DNA of 64,000 nt from Alkalispirochaeta sp. (GTDB lineage Bacteria > Spirochaetota > Spirochaetia > DSM-27196 > Alkalispirochaetaceae). Every line of letters starts with the position of its first letter. Within the stretch, counting starts at the first letter, position 1. The DNA is taken from NCBI GenBank assembly GCA_965242725.1, contig CBDESZ010000022.1, positions 1-64,000 on the forward strand, given 5' to 3'. The notes under the pieces were generated by a model. The model searched no databases and was not told the DNA's origin. It was given only the letters and a program-made list of their open reading frames with translations. Made by a program: the position numbers and the translations under genes. This document shows, one piece after another, positions 28,268 through 38,780 of this stretch.

Positions 28268-28372
28268 GCGCGCAGTACTCAGTAACAGACCGGCGCTACG
28301 GATGCTTCCGCCCTTAGTTGGCGGAAGGGCGTAATATTCAGTAACCGGCCGCGACAAAGCGGTGCTTCCGCC
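28268..28372. repeat. Imperfect ~60-bp direct duplication with central hairpin between convergent genes
   Basis: TCAGTAAC at 28279 and 28338, TGCTTCCGCC at 28303 and 28363; CTTCCGCC/GGCGGAAG stem at 28305-28327. Confidence 0.55.
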
Positions 28373-28421
28373 GGCCCGTTGTCCTGTGGAGGCCACACCA
28401 CCGTAGCGTCGGCCTCCTCCC

Positions 28422-29771
28422 TTACAGGAGCTCCGCCGCCAGCTCGGAGAGGCGGCTCCGCTCCGAGTGCGTCATGAGAACATGCCCAAAAAGGGACTGC
28501 CCTTTGAAGGCCTCCACCAGATAGGTGAGGCCGTTGGAGTTTGCGTCGAGATAGGGGCTGTCGATCTGGAAGGGATCTCCCGTCAGAACGACCTTGGAAT
28601 CCGTACCTGCCCGGGAGACGATCGTCTTTACCTCGTGGGGAGAGAGATTCTGCGCTTCATCAATGATGATGAACTGGTTGGGCAACGAACGTCCCCGGAT
28701 GTAACTCAACGCTTCCAGCTCAATGACGTTGCCGTTCAGCATCTGTTCCGGCGTCTTCATGTTCTGCTTGTGATACACACTTGTAATCAGCTCCAGATTG
28801 TCAAAGAGGGGCTGCATCCAGTGGGACAGCTTTTCTTCCTTTGCACCGGGAAGAAACCCGATATCCTTTCCCATGGGTATCACCGGTCGGGACACAAGGA
28901 CGCGCTTGTAGCTTTTCTCCTCCATCGTCTGCCTGAGGCCCGCCGCGATGGCGAGGAGGGTCTTGCCCGTCCCCGCCTTTCCGACAAGTGTCACCAGCTG
29001 AACCCGCGGATTCAGCAAAAGGTCAAATGCGATGAGCTGTTCCTCGTTGAGGGGGCGGATTCCTGCCACGGCGGGCATTTTGTGGTCAAGGAGGGTGAGT
29101 AATCCCGCCTCCTTTTCGTATCTCCCGATGATTTCCTCGGGGTGGTCCTTGTCCCGCAGGACGAGGTAGTGGTTAGGCGGCAGCTCCTCGGACCACGGGA
29201 GGGAACCCTCATCGGAGAGCTGCCGGTACGACTCGGGCCGCACATCCGTGACGGTAAAGCCCGTATAGAGCTTTGTAATATCGATCTTCTGTTTTTCGTA
29301 GTCAACGGCCTTGATACCCAGCGCCGTCGCCTTTACCCGGGCATTGATATCCTTACTGACAAAGAATACCTGCCCTCCCTCCTGTTGAATCTGCCACGCC
29401 GCGAGGATGATCTTGTTGTCCGCCTTGTCCTGCAGAAAATCGTTGGGAATGTGCCGCGGTTGCGTGGAGACTACCCTGAGGGTTGAGCCGTTCTCGATCT
29501 TCACGCCCTCCGCAAGGTTGCCGTGTTTGCCGGCGGAATCGAGAAACCGGATCGCCTGTCGGGCGTTCCGGCCCCGTTCATCTGAAAAGGTCTTCAGACG
29601 GTCCAGCTCTTCAAGGACCCACATGGGGACGACCACATCGTTGTCCTTGAAACTGAGTATTGCATCGGGACGATGAATCAGGACGTTGGTATCGATAACG
29701 AAGGTCTTGTCGGAGTACTTGACCTTCTGTTTGCCGTCACTTCCCTTTTTGGACACTGCATCCTCCTTCAT
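28422..29771 (-). CDS. PIN-PhoH (PhoH2/YlaK-type) RNase-ATPase
   Basis: N-terminal PIN (VIDTNVL, VLEELD, DNKI, SKDINAR), Walker A GKAGTGKT, YIRGRS, IIDEAQN, GDPFQID. Confidence 0.93.
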   Translation of the reverse strand: MKEDAVSKKGSDGKQKVKYSDKTFVIDTNVLIHRPDAILSFKDNDVVVPMWVLEELDRLKTFSDERGRNARQAIRFLDSAGKHGNLAEGVKIENGSTLRVVSTQPRHIPNDFLQDKADNKIILAAWQIQQEGGQVFFVSKDINARVKATALGIKAVDYEKQKIDITKLYTGFTVTDVRPESYRQLSDEGSLPWSEELPPNHYLVLRDKDHPEEIIGRYEKEAGLLTLLDHKMPAVAGIRPLNEEQLIAFDLLLNPRVQLVTLVGKAGTGKTLLAIAAGLRQTMEEKSYKRVLVSRPVIPMGKDIGFLPGAKEEKLSHWMQPLFDNLELITSVYHKQNMKTPEQMLNGNVIELEALSYIRGRSLPNQFIIIDEAQNLSPHEVKTIVSRAGTDSKVVLTGDPFQIDSPYLDANSNGLTYLVEAFKGQSLFGHVLMTHSERSRLSELAAELL

Positions 29772-29844
29772 ACCCCTTCACGACGTCATACATACGAGTG
29801 TAATGCCTCACCGGTTAAATTTTCATAAAAAATAGTGTACACCT

Positions 29845-31524
29845 GTGGGAATGCCCAAACCTCTGATCGTACAAGGTGACCACACCATTCTGCTCGATGT
29901 GCATGACGATGAGGCGGATGCCGCACGCGCCGCGATCGCCCCGTTCACGGAACTTGAAAAGTCGCCCGAACATTTTCATACCTATCGCATCACCCCCCTT
30001 TCCCTCTGGAATGCCGCATCCGCGGGCCTGTCCGCGGATGACGTACTCTCGGGGATCAGCGACTATTCACGCTTTCCCGTACCTCCCCATATTCAGACCT
30101 CCGTCTCGGAGCTTATCGGGCGGTACGGGACGATAGCCCTCCACCCCACCGACGACGATTACACCCTGCGGCTGTCGGTACCGGACGAGGATATCCGGCG
30201 TGAACTGTTGTCGCGCCCGACGATTGCAAAGCTCTTCCTCGACGACGGAGCTTATGACGACGGCTTCCACATACGCCTTGTCGACCGGGGCACGATAAAA
30301 CAGGAGCTCATACACATCGGATATCCCGTGGACGACCGAGCGCCGCTGCGCGAGGGAGATCCCATATCCTTCTCTCTGAGAAGCACCACCGAGGCGGGCA
30401 AGTCCTTTGACCTCAGGAACTACCAGCACGAGGCGGCGCACATATTCTACGGTGAGGGCCGGCCCGGTGCCGGATATGGAACGATCGTCCTTCCCTGTGG
30501 AGCGGGTAAAACGGTGGTCGGCATGGCCGCGATGGAGCTTCTCAAGACCAATACACTCATTCTCACAACCAACATCGCCGCCGTTCACCAATGGATCGAT
30601 GAACTCGTCGACAAGACCACATTGACCCGCGACGATATCGGAGAATACACGGGGCAGAACAAGATTATTCGGCCCGTCACGGTGGCAACCTATCAGATTC
30701 TCGTATGGCGCCCCGACAGGGACGCCGTCTTTCCTCACTTTGATATCTTTCGCCGCCAGCGCTGGGGACTCATCATTTACGATGAGGTCCATCTCCTGCC
30801 GGCACCGATCTTTCGGGTTACCGCGGAAATACAGGCAATTCGACGACTGGGGCTGACGGCGACACTCGTTCGGGAAGACGGACGGGAAGAAGATGTCTTC
30901 TCCCTGGTGGGTCCCAAGCGCTATGACGTGCCGTGGAAGGAACTAGAACAGAAGGGGTGGATCGCGGAAGCGGCGTGTTACGAAATTCGTCTCGACATGC
31001 CCCGGGATCTGCGGACAGAATACGCCGTCGCGGACAAACGACGTAAGTTCCGTCTCGCAAGCGAAAACCCCCGCAAGCTTGAAGCGGCGGTTCAGATTGT
31101 CGAAAACCATCGGGAAGAGTCGGTCATCGTCATAGGCCAATATCTGTCCCAGCTCCATGAGATTGCCGAGCGCCTCGACGCGCCGATCATCACCGGAAAG
31201 ACTCCCAACCAGCAGCGGGAAGAGATCTATCGCGCCTTTCGACGCGGGGACATACGGGTTATCGTGGTAAGCAAGGTGGCCAATTTCGCGATCGATCTTC
31301 CCGATGCGTCGGTGGCGGTTCAGATATCGGGAAGCTTCGGATCCCGGCAGGAAGAAGCGCAACGGTTGGGACGCATTCTCCGTCCCAAGGCGGGAGAGCA
31401 TCACAACTCCCACTTTTACACCCTCGTCTCAAATCAGACGGTGGAGGAAGGATTTGCGGCAAACCGCCAGAAATTTCTGACCGAACAAGGTTATACCTAC
31501 CATATTGAACACTGGGAGGGATAA
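29845..31524 (+). CDS. XPB/Ssl2/Rad25-family DNA helicase
   Basis: LEKSPEHFHTYRITPLSLWNA, LPCGAGKT, DEVH, GLTATLVRED, SRQEEAQRLGRILR. Confidence 0.95.
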   Translation: MGMPKPLIVQGDHTILLDVHDDEADAARAAIAPFTELEKSPEHFHTYRITPLSLWNAASAGLSADDVLSGISDYSRFPVPPHIQTSVSELIGRYGTIALHPTDDDYTLRLSVPDEDIRRELLSRPTIAKLFLDDGAYDDGFHIRLVDRGTIKQELIHIGYPVDDRAPLREGDPISFSLRSTTEAGKSFDLRNYQHEAAHIFYGEGRPGAGYGTIVLPCGAGKTVVGMAAMELLKTNTLILTTNIAAVHQWIDELVDKTTLTRDDIGEYTGQNKIIRPVTVATYQILVWRPDRDAVFPHFDIFRRQRWGLIIYDEVHLLPAPIFRVTAEIQAIRRLGLTATLVREDGREEDVFSLVGPKRYDVPWKELEQKGWIAEAACYEIRLDMPRDLRTEYAVADKRRKFRLASENPRKLEAAVQIVENHREESVIVIGQYLSQLHEIAERLDAPIITGKTPNQQREEIYRAFRRGDIRVIVVSKVANFAIDLPDASVAVQISGSFGSRQEEAQRLGRILRPKAGEHHNSHFYTLVSNQTVEEGFAANRQKFLTEQGYTYHIEHWEG

Positions 31525-31528
31525 GGAA

Positions 31529-33628
31529 GTGAAATCCGATACGGTCTTTACATCGTACCTCCTCAATCTCGACGATGAGTCCTTTTTTGCGGTCTATCGC
31601 AATTATCTCGGTCCCGTCCAGACGCCGTACAACAAGCATGATCTCATTCAGGAGCTTCAGGACTTTCTCGTACGTCCCGTCACGGGAGAACGCATACGGA
31701 GGCTCATATCACAGGAGGACGCCCTGCTGCTCTCGGCGGTACATGTTCTCCGTACTCCCACGGAAGAGCAACTCTACCGCTTTCTGTCGGGAGAAATGGA
31801 GTACGCCCTCTTTCAGGCGTCCCTGCTCAATCTCAAGGACCGGCTTCTCGTCATCCAGAACACGACCAGGGGCGACACAATTCAGATAAATCCTCTTCTC
31901 GAGGAGGCGCTGGCTCCGCTCAACATCGGTATGCACTACCTGATCGGCGGTCAGAACCTGCCGTCCTCAGTCCGGACTGAGCCCGTATCCCAGCCGTGGT
32001 TATCACCGGATTTTCTCGTCGCCCTCTACGCCTTTCTCAGGGAGTTTCCTGAACCCTTTACCCGCTCGGGAACGATGCGAAAAAAGGTTTCCGCTGCGGT
32101 GGACGAACGCTTCGGTACATATTTTCAGACCCGGCCGGCGGAACGGTATTTGCGTTTTGCCGTCTCCACATGTGAAACTCTCGGCCTCGTAAACTTTGAC
32201 GACGAAACGCAGGCGGTGCGCCTGCGCCCCGATAGCTGGGACGCCTTTCTGTCGGAACTCCCGGAACGGTGGGTCCGGTACCTTCTCTGGGGCGCGGCGC
32301 TCACCGGTACGGTGGAGCGCAGCTTTGAGTATGCGGAACTGCTCCTTGAGGCGCTCTCGGCCATCCCGGCGACCCGCAGTTATTCCGTCGGAGAAGTGGT
32401 CCGTCTGCTGCAACTCAGCGGCAACGGTCTCTCTCTCCCCATTGACGGCGAGACCGTGCAGAGACTGCTTTCACTGGGCGTACTGGTCGCCCTTGACGGT
32501 AGTGGAGACGAGGAGTCTGTTGCGTCGCGGGAAGATGAAGGGAGCGATGAATCGGACGGACCGCACCTGCACAGGGTATCCCGCCTGCGAATCAATCCGA
32601 CGATAACGGCCGTTCACGACCGTCCCACCGCAAGGGGAGGAGTGCGGGTTCACGCCAATATGGAAATTACCGTTGCACCGGGCAGCGACATTCACCAGGC
32701 GTGGACAATTGCGTCCTTTTCCCGGCTGGTACGGTATGACACGGTCCCGACCTACATCCTCACCGACGAGAGCGTTGCCGATGCGCGCCGGGAGGGAGTG
32801 GAAAACGTCCTCGCCCTCATGTCGGAAACGACCGACGATATCCCCCAGAACGTCCGCTTTCTCCTCAAACGATGGGAAAGTCGCTCCCGAGCGGTCCGCC
32901 TCATCAGAGGGCTCGTGGTCATTGCGGGGGAGGAAGAGGGAGAAATTCTGAAGAAATCCGAGGATTTCCTCTCATCCATGCGGGAGGAAATAGCCCCCAA
33001 CGTCTTTCTCTTCAACCTTGAGGATGAGGCGAGGGTGGAAAAGCTCCTGCGTAAAATCGACATCGGGTCGACACCCACCGTTGAAACGGCACGGGTCGTT
33101 GATGTCAATGTTCCTGAATACCAGCGGTACCTCCTACGCCACCAGCAGCCGGCGCTTCGTTCCTCCGTTGCGCTGCGGGCAGAAACGGGGGACCCCGCCG
33201 GCCCCATCCCCCTCCACTCGACCATCCGGGAGGAACTGATGGAACAGCTCAACGGCGAGACCCTTCCGGAAGAGGTTCGACAGGAGATCGCATTGCGGAT
33301 CGACCGGGGTCTCATCATCTTTCCTCAGCAGATTCGGAAAGACATCGTACCCCAGCACGGTATAGAGGTCCGCGGTCTCGATTATCTGGGTAAGATCCGT
33401 ATGATTGAACAGGCAATCTCCAACGGCGATATTCTCGAGGTCATTACCCGATCCGGATCGGGATCGCCTCAGCGTATTCTGGTCAAGCCCCGGGAGGTTG
33501 TGGAAAACGCGGGAGACCTCATGCTGCGGGCGATTCGGCAGCCCGACGGTCCGGCCGTCAAAATCAGGATTCGCCGTATTTCCGTCCTGCGCCGTTTGAG
33601 CGGAACACTTATAAACAGGAAACGCTAA
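31529..33628 (+). CDS. XPB-associated protein with helicase-binding domain
   Basis: Directly follows XPB; VHANMEI...YILTDESV..A...IPQNV...L..W segment resembles the XPB/Ssl2 N-terminal (Helicase_C_3) domain; C-terminal IRIRRISVL strand resembles WYL-like folds. Confidence 0.6.
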   Translation: MKSDTVFTSYLLNLDDESFFAVYRNYLGPVQTPYNKHDLIQELQDFLVRPVTGERIRRLISQEDALLLSAVHVLRTPTEEQLYRFLSGEMEYALFQASLLNLKDRLLVIQNTTRGDTIQINPLLEEALAPLNIGMHYLIGGQNLPSSVRTEPVSQPWLSPDFLVALYAFLREFPEPFTRSGTMRKKVSAAVDERFGTYFQTRPAERYLRFAVSTCETLGLVNFDDETQAVRLRPDSWDAFLSELPERWVRYLLWGAALTGTVERSFEYAELLLEALSAIPATRSYSVGEVVRLLQLSGNGLSLPIDGETVQRLLSLGVLVALDGSGDEESVASREDEGSDESDGPHLHRVSRLRINPTITAVHDRPTARGGVRVHANMEITVAPGSDIHQAWTIASFSRLVRYDTVPTYILTDESVADARREGVENVLALMSETTDDIPQNVRFLLKRWESRSRAVRLIRGLVVIAGEEEGEILKKSEDFLSSMREEIAPNVFLFNLEDEARVEKLLRKIDIGSTPTVETARVVDVNVPEYQRYLLRHQQPALRSSVALRAETGDPAGPIPLHSTIREELMEQLNGETLPEEVRQEIALRIDRGLIIFPQQIRKDIVPQHGIEVRGLDYLGKIRMIEQAISNGDILEVITRSGSGSPQRILVKPREVVENAGDLMLRAIRQPDGPAVKIRIRRISVLRRLSGTLINRKR

Positions 33629-35133
33629 CTCCCGCCGGGACCCTCCAGACGGACAAATTGTTCATACTGTAACGCTCCCTGCCGTTCAAACATGTCGGCA
33701 CCGTTTACGACGGCGCAGCCGGCACGAGCGGCACGCTGGAGAAACTCAGTCTCAGACGGCGTATAGACGACGTCGTAGGCGAGCTCACTGCCGGCAAAAT
33801 CGTACCCTTCAGAGGGATCACCGGGCGTCCCGTGCGCCATTCCGACGGACGTCGTCTGTATAACCAGATCGAAGGAACCCGCAGGAATTTCCGGGAGTTC
33901 CGTGAGTCGCAGTTGCCGTTCCGGAGGGATTCCAAATCTGGTTGCCACCTCACCCATACGCCCCGCCGAACGGTTTGCCAGTGTGATCGAATGAACCCTG
34001 CCTTTGAGGGCGGCCAGCACCGCCCGGGCGGCACCCCCCGCGCCGATGACGAGAACCCGTAACGTTCCCGTTTCCCGGTCCAGATGTGCCGCCACCGCCT
34101 CCCTTATTGAGTGAAAAAGGGCGGGAACATCGGTGTTGTCGGCATGCCAGCCGTCCTCATGAAGGGTGAGCGTATTTGCCGCACCGCAATCAAACGCAGC
34201 GGTACTCTTTTCCGCTTCCGCAAAATCATACGCCCCTTCTTTATGCGGGACCGTGACGGATGCACCTTTCAGCCCGTACGTCTCCACCGCGTCCGGGAAC
34301 GAGTCAAATGAATCGAGTCGAAGGGGCAGGTATATCGCGTTGATACCGTCGTCGTCGAAACGTCTGTTGTGGTACTCAGGCGAACGGGAATGAGCAACGG
34401 GACTGCCGATTACCGCAAAGGCCGGCCAGTCGGCGCCGGCTCGGTCCACGCGATATACTTCCCGCAACTGCCGCGGACTGACGTTCCCAGGGGCCGCGGC
34501 GGAACCGGGATCGGAGGCATAGGTGAGGAGACTCCCCGCTCCGGCAGGCCATACCCGTGTCGGCAGGCCGTATTCCCCCATGGCGATCCAAATGCCCTCT
34601 CTCCCGCTCATGAGCTTTCCGAAGCGTCGCGCGTTGTGGACGAGGCGCATCGTATCGCCTTCTGACTGTGCCATGACCTCAAGCTTGGGAATCTCCTGGG
34701 GCTCCGCCGAGAGGCGCGCCATGAGGGATGAGAGATCTTCAGGGGTACTCCGTGCTTCGTGATGAGACCGAATGACCGTCGCGCCGTCGGCGCGTACCGA
34801 GGCGGCGAGGCGATCCCAGTCCGCCTGCCCCACCCGATCGAGTTCGATGTCGATATATGAAGGGCTGATCGCCATGACCAGACGATTCAGGAGATGCAGT
34901 CGTTGCGCCTCGTCGCCTTCCCAGTGACCGAGATCCTGACTTCTCCGTACGGTGAGAATACACGGGAGGGATCCACCCACCTCGCGCCACCATTCGGCGA
35001 GATCCTCGACGCCGCGCTCCGCGGGTTTCAGCATATCCACCCGCAGTTCAACGAGATCGATCCAGCGTCGATTGTGAGATATCGCCTGAGACCAGTCCTC
35101 CCGGGTTTCCCCGGTGAGTGAAAGACATATCAT
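33625..35133 (-). CDS. aroDE: Bifunctional type I dehydroquinase / shikimate dehydrogenase (AroD-AroE fusion)
   Basis: VELRVD, YIDIEL, RSHH, IPKL (Schiff-base Lys), AMGEYG, APG then GSPVAHSRSP, SVTVPHK, NTD, GAGGAARA. Confidence 0.9.
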   Translation of the reverse strand: MICLSLTGETREDWSQAISHNRRWIDLVELRVDMLKPAERGVEDLAEWWREVGGSLPCILTVRRSQDLGHWEGDEAQRLHLLNRLVMAISPSYIDIELDRVGQADWDRLAASVRADGATVIRSHHEARSTPEDLSSLMARLSAEPQEIPKLEVMAQSEGDTMRLVHNARRFGKLMSGREGIWIAMGEYGLPTRVWPAGAGSLLTYASDPGSAAAPGNVSPRQLREVYRVDRAGADWPAFAVIGSPVAHSRSPEYHNRRFDDDGINAIYLPLRLDSFDSFPDAVETYGLKGASVTVPHKEGAYDFAEAEKSTAAFDCGAANTLTLHEDGWHADNTDVPALFHSIREAVAAHLDRETGTLRVLVIGAGGAARAVLAALKGRVHSITLANRSAGRMGEVATRFGIPPERQLRLTELPEIPAGSFDLVIQTTSVGMAHGTPGDPSEGYDFAGSELAYDVVYTPSETEFLQRAARAGCAVVNGADMFERQGALQYEQFVRLEGPGGS

Positions 35134-35162
35134 ACCGTATCCTATCGCGAAATACCGTGATG

Positions 35163-35191
35163 AAAAAGCGGGCCGTCATATGACGGCCCGC
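35163..35191 (-). terminator. Rho-independent terminator of the hydrogenase operon
   Basis: Perfect GCGGGCCGTCA/TGACGGCCCGC stem followed by TTTTT on the minus strand, 30 nt after the hydA stop. Confidence 0.85.
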
Positions 35192-35220
35192 CGGGAATCA
35201 AGGAGGGAGACGCTGTAGGT

Positions 35221-36972
35221 CTACCGCTGGTAGAGCTTCCGCTCGGTGTAATGGGTATGGAGGTACTTGTGCGACTTCTCGCCCAGGGGTTTGCCGAGAA
35301 ACTCCTTGTATATCGCCTGTATTTGCGGGTTGTCATGGCTGCAGCGGTACGTCTGGGCCTTGTCGTCCTTGTAGACGCCGGCGATTCGCTGTCGACGGAT
35401 TTCATCCGTCGCACCGTGGGGCTGGCCACCGCCGCCGATACAACCGCCGCGACACGCCATGATTTCAATGAAATGCCACGGGGGTTCTTCTCCCGCCGCT
35501 TCCGCCGCCTGGATCGCTTCCACCACTTTCCGGGCGTTCCCCATTTGGTGGGCCACCGCGACGCGCACTTCGGTGCCCTGGACGTCCACAACCGCCTCTT
35601 TGACGCCGTCCAGCCCGCGCACGGGCTCAAACTCCACCTTCGGCAGGTTGTATCCGGTAATGAAATTGTAGGCGCTGCGCAATGCGGCTTCCATGACACC
35701 ACCGGTTGCACCGAAGATCGTACCCGCACCGGTATAAATACCGAGGGCGGGGTCCGCCTCTTCATCGGGGAGATTGACAAAATCGATACCGGCGCTCTTG
35801 ATCATACGTGCCAGCTCCCGGGTGGTGAGGACAACATCGACATCCTTTTCACCGGTGGAGTACATGTACTCATCCCGGGATATTTCATACTTCTTCGAGG
35901 TACAGGGCATGATGGAAACGTGGAAAATCTCCTCCGCCTTTTTGTTCACCTTCTCTGCATAGTAGCTCTTTACCATCGCCCCCATCATCATCTGGGGACT
36001 CTTGGCGGTGGAGAAGTTGGGAATCAGCTCGGGATAGTATTTTTCCATATAGTCCACCCAGCTGGGGCAGCAGGTGGTAATCATGGGGATCTTGCCCTTG
36101 CCGTTTGCGAAGCGATGGACGAACTCCGTCGCCTCTTCCATGATCGTCAGGTCGGCGGCGAAGTTCGTATCAAAGACGACGTCGAAACCGAGACGGCGCA
36201 GGGCGGCATAGAGCTTTCCGGTTGAAATCTCACCGGGAGCATATCCGAACGCCTCGCCCACGGCGACGCGTACCGCCGGCGCGATTTGCACAACGCTGTG
36301 CTTTTCCCCGCCCCGGAGAACTCTCAGCACCTCCGCCGACTGGTCTTTTTCGTATATGGCACCGACGGGGCAGTGGGCGGAACATTGACCGCACTTGATA
36401 CAGGGACTGTCGTTGAGGGCGATATCCCCGGCGGGAGCCATTCTCGTCGTGTCTCCACGACCGATGAACTCAAGGGCCCACACATCCTGCATTTGCTGAC
36501 AGACGTTGACGCAGCGCCCGCACTTCACGCATTTCTCGGGGTCCAGAACGATGGAGGGTGTGGAGGTGTCCCGCTCCTGTTCCATGATGTTCATTTCAAA
36601 GGGAATATCCCGGATTCCGAACTCCGCAGCCAGCCGTTGAAGCTCACAGTCCTGGTTGCGGGGACAGGTGAGACAGCTCGACGGATGGGTCGAGAGGATC
36701 AGCTCGATAACCGTCTTGCGGACCTGATGGAGTTCCGGGTCGTGGGTGATGATCTTCATTCCCTCGGTAGCTGCCGTCGCACAGGCGCGTACCATCTTGG
36801 GAGAATTTTCAAGCTTGACGACACAGATGCCGCACGCTGCCCACGCGGGGAGATCGGGATGGTAACACAACGCCGGTATATTGACGTACGCCTCTTTTGC
36901 GGCGGCAAATATGGTCGTCCCTTCCGGTACGGTTACGGCGTTACCATTTACATAGCACGTAATATCTTTCAT
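35221..36972 (-). CDS. hydA: [FeFe]-hydrogenase catalytic subunit, group A multimeric type
   Basis: H-cluster motifs TTCCPSW, MPCTSKKYE, EIMACRGGCIGGGGQP; N-terminal 2Fe-2S, His-ligated and two 4Fe-4S motifs. Confidence 0.97.
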   Translation of the reverse strand: MKDITCYVNGNAVTVPEGTTIFAAAKEAYVNIPALCYHPDLPAWAACGICVVKLENSPKMVRACATAATEGMKIITHDPELHQVRKTVIELILSTHPSSCLTCPRNQDCELQRLAAEFGIRDIPFEMNIMEQERDTSTPSIVLDPEKCVKCGRCVNVCQQMQDVWALEFIGRGDTTRMAPAGDIALNDSPCIKCGQCSAHCPVGAIYEKDQSAEVLRVLRGGEKHSVVQIAPAVRVAVGEAFGYAPGEISTGKLYAALRRLGFDVVFDTNFAADLTIMEEATEFVHRFANGKGKIPMITTCCPSWVDYMEKYYPELIPNFSTAKSPQMMMGAMVKSYYAEKVNKKAEEIFHVSIMPCTSKKYEISRDEYMYSTGEKDVDVVLTTRELARMIKSAGIDFVNLPDEEADPALGIYTGAGTIFGATGGVMEAALRSAYNFITGYNLPKVEFEPVRGLDGVKEAVVDVQGTEVRVAVAHQMGNARKVVEAIQAAEAAGEEPPWHFIEIMACRGGCIGGGGQPHGATDEIRRQRIAGVYKDDKAQTYRCSHDNPQIQAIYKEFLGKPLGEKSHKYLHTHYTERKLYQR

Positions 36973-36991
36973 CGCTCTCATCTCCTCACTG

Positions 36992-38779
36992 TTAGCGGCG
37001 AATCACCGCGCCGAACTTGCACGCTTCAAAACATTCACCGCACTTGATACATCCGTCCTGATTGATCTCATGCACCTGTTTCCGCTCGCCCGAGATGACG
37101 TTGACGGGACACCTGCGGGCACAGAGGGTACATCCGATACACTTGTCGGGAAGGATGAAATACTTCACCAGGTCCTTACAGACACCGGCGGGACAGGTCT
37201 GTTCGTTTATGTGCTGTTCAATCTCGTCCCGGAAGTAGTTGATCATGGAGAGCGCGGGGTTGGGGGCGGTCTGACCGAGCCCGCAGAGGGAGGCCCGCTT
37301 CATGGCCTGGCCGATTTCCGCAATCTGATCGAGATGCTCCAACGTGCCCTGTCCCTTGGAGATCTTGTCCAGGATGTTGTACAGTTTTCGTCCGCCGACG
37401 CGACAGGGGGCGCACTTTCCGCAGGACTCTTCAACGGTAAAGTCCAGATAGAACTTTGCGACGTCCACCATGCAGTCGTCTTCGTCCATGACGATCATGC
37501 CGCCGGATCCCATTATGGAGCCGAGCTCCTGGAGGTGCTGAAAGTCAATGGGTACGTCGATGTAGTCGGCGGTGATGACACCTCCCGAGGGTCCGCCTGT
37601 CTGCACCGCTTTAAAGGCCTTGCCTTTCGGTATCCCCCCTCCGATGTTGTACACGATATCCCGCAGGGGCGTGCCCATGGGCACTTCAACGAGGCCTGAG
37701 TTCTTGATCTTTCCGGTGAGTGCAAAAACCTTGGTACCGGTGCTGTCGCCGCTTCCGATTTTGGCAAACCAGTCACCGCCCTTGTTGATGATGACGGGGA
37801 TATTGGCCCAGGTCTCGACGTTATTGATGACCGTCGGTTTTTCCCACAGTCCCTTCACCGCGGGAAAGGGCGGGCGCGGCCGGGGCATTCCCCGTTCACC
37901 CTCGATAGATGCAAGGAGTGCCGTCTCTTCGCCACAGACGAAAGCGCCCGCACCGAGCCGGATTTCGATGTGAAACGAGAAATCGGTGCCGAGAATATTG
38001 TCACCCAGAAGGCCGAGTTCCACGGCGTCTTCAATCGCTTTCTGCAGGCGTCGAATCGCCAGCGGATATTCCGCCCGGATGTATATGTATCCCTGATCGG
38101 CTCCGGCGGTATAGCCCGCGATCGCCATCGCTTCAAGTACGCTGTGGGGATCACCTTCCAGGACGCTCCGGTCCATATATGCACCCGGATCGCCTTCATC
38201 GGCGTTACAGACGACGTATTTCTGATCCGATGCAACGACGCGGGTGAAATCCCACTTCTTCCACGTGGGAAAACCGGCGCCGCCCCTGCCCCGCAGTCCC
38301 GACTTCCGCAGTTCACCGATGACATCTTCGGGACTCATCCCGGTGAGAACTTTTTCAAGGGCGGCGTAGCCGTCCCGGGCGATATACTCTTCGATGTTTT
38401 CGGGATTAATGAATCCGCAGTTGCGCAGGACAATACGGAACTGTTTCTGGTAGAAACTGAGGTCATCGATTTTTGCGTGTTCTTTGCTTTCATCCTCTTT
38501 GTAGAGGAGACGCTGTACCGTCCGGCCTTTGACGACGTGCTCGGCGACGAGTTCCGCCGCGTCTTCAGGCTTTACTTCGACGTAGAACGCCTCGTCGGGC
38601 AGCACTTTGACGATGGGGCCTTTCTCACAGAAACCGAAGCAGCCGGTCTTTACGACCTGGACATCTTCTTTCATGCCGGCTTTGTTCAGCTCTTCCACGA
38701 TGTTGGTGAAGATCTCGTCGGCCTTGCTGGATTCGCACCCCGTGCCGCCGCAAATCAAGATATACTGATTGTATGCCAT
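36992..38779 (-). CDS. hydB: NuoF-like FMN/NAD-binding hydrogenase subunit
   Basis: N-terminal CGGTGC..GCFGFC, GLRGRGGAGFP, CNADEGDPGA, GAGAFVCGEETAL, ESCGKCAPCR, C-terminal 2x4Fe-4S. Confidence 0.96.
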   Translation of the reverse strand: MAYNQYILICGGTGCESSKADEIFTNIVEELNKAGMKEDVQVVKTGCFGFCEKGPIVKVLPDEAFYVEVKPEDAAELVAEHVVKGRTVQRLLYKEDESKEHAKIDDLSFYQKQFRIVLRNCGFINPENIEEYIARDGYAALEKVLTGMSPEDVIGELRKSGLRGRGGAGFPTWKKWDFTRVVASDQKYVVCNADEGDPGAYMDRSVLEGDPHSVLEAMAIAGYTAGADQGYIYIRAEYPLAIRRLQKAIEDAVELGLLGDNILGTDFSFHIEIRLGAGAFVCGEETALLASIEGERGMPRPRPPFPAVKGLWEKPTVINNVETWANIPVIINKGGDWFAKIGSGDSTGTKVFALTGKIKNSGLVEVPMGTPLRDIVYNIGGGIPKGKAFKAVQTGGPSGGVITADYIDVPIDFQHLQELGSIMGSGGMIVMDEDDCMVDVAKFYLDFTVEESCGKCAPCRVGGRKLYNILDKISKGQGTLEHLDQIAEIGQAMKRASLCGLGQTAPNPALSMINYFRDEIEQHINEQTCPAGVCKDLVKYFILPDKCIGCTLCARRCPVNVISGERKQVHEINQDGCIKCGECFEACKFGAVIRR

Positions 38780-38780
38780 T

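Noticed and set aside
28268..28372. Possible mini CRISPR array
   Set aside because: Only two degenerate units, no identical repeats with unique spacers, and no cas genes in the window
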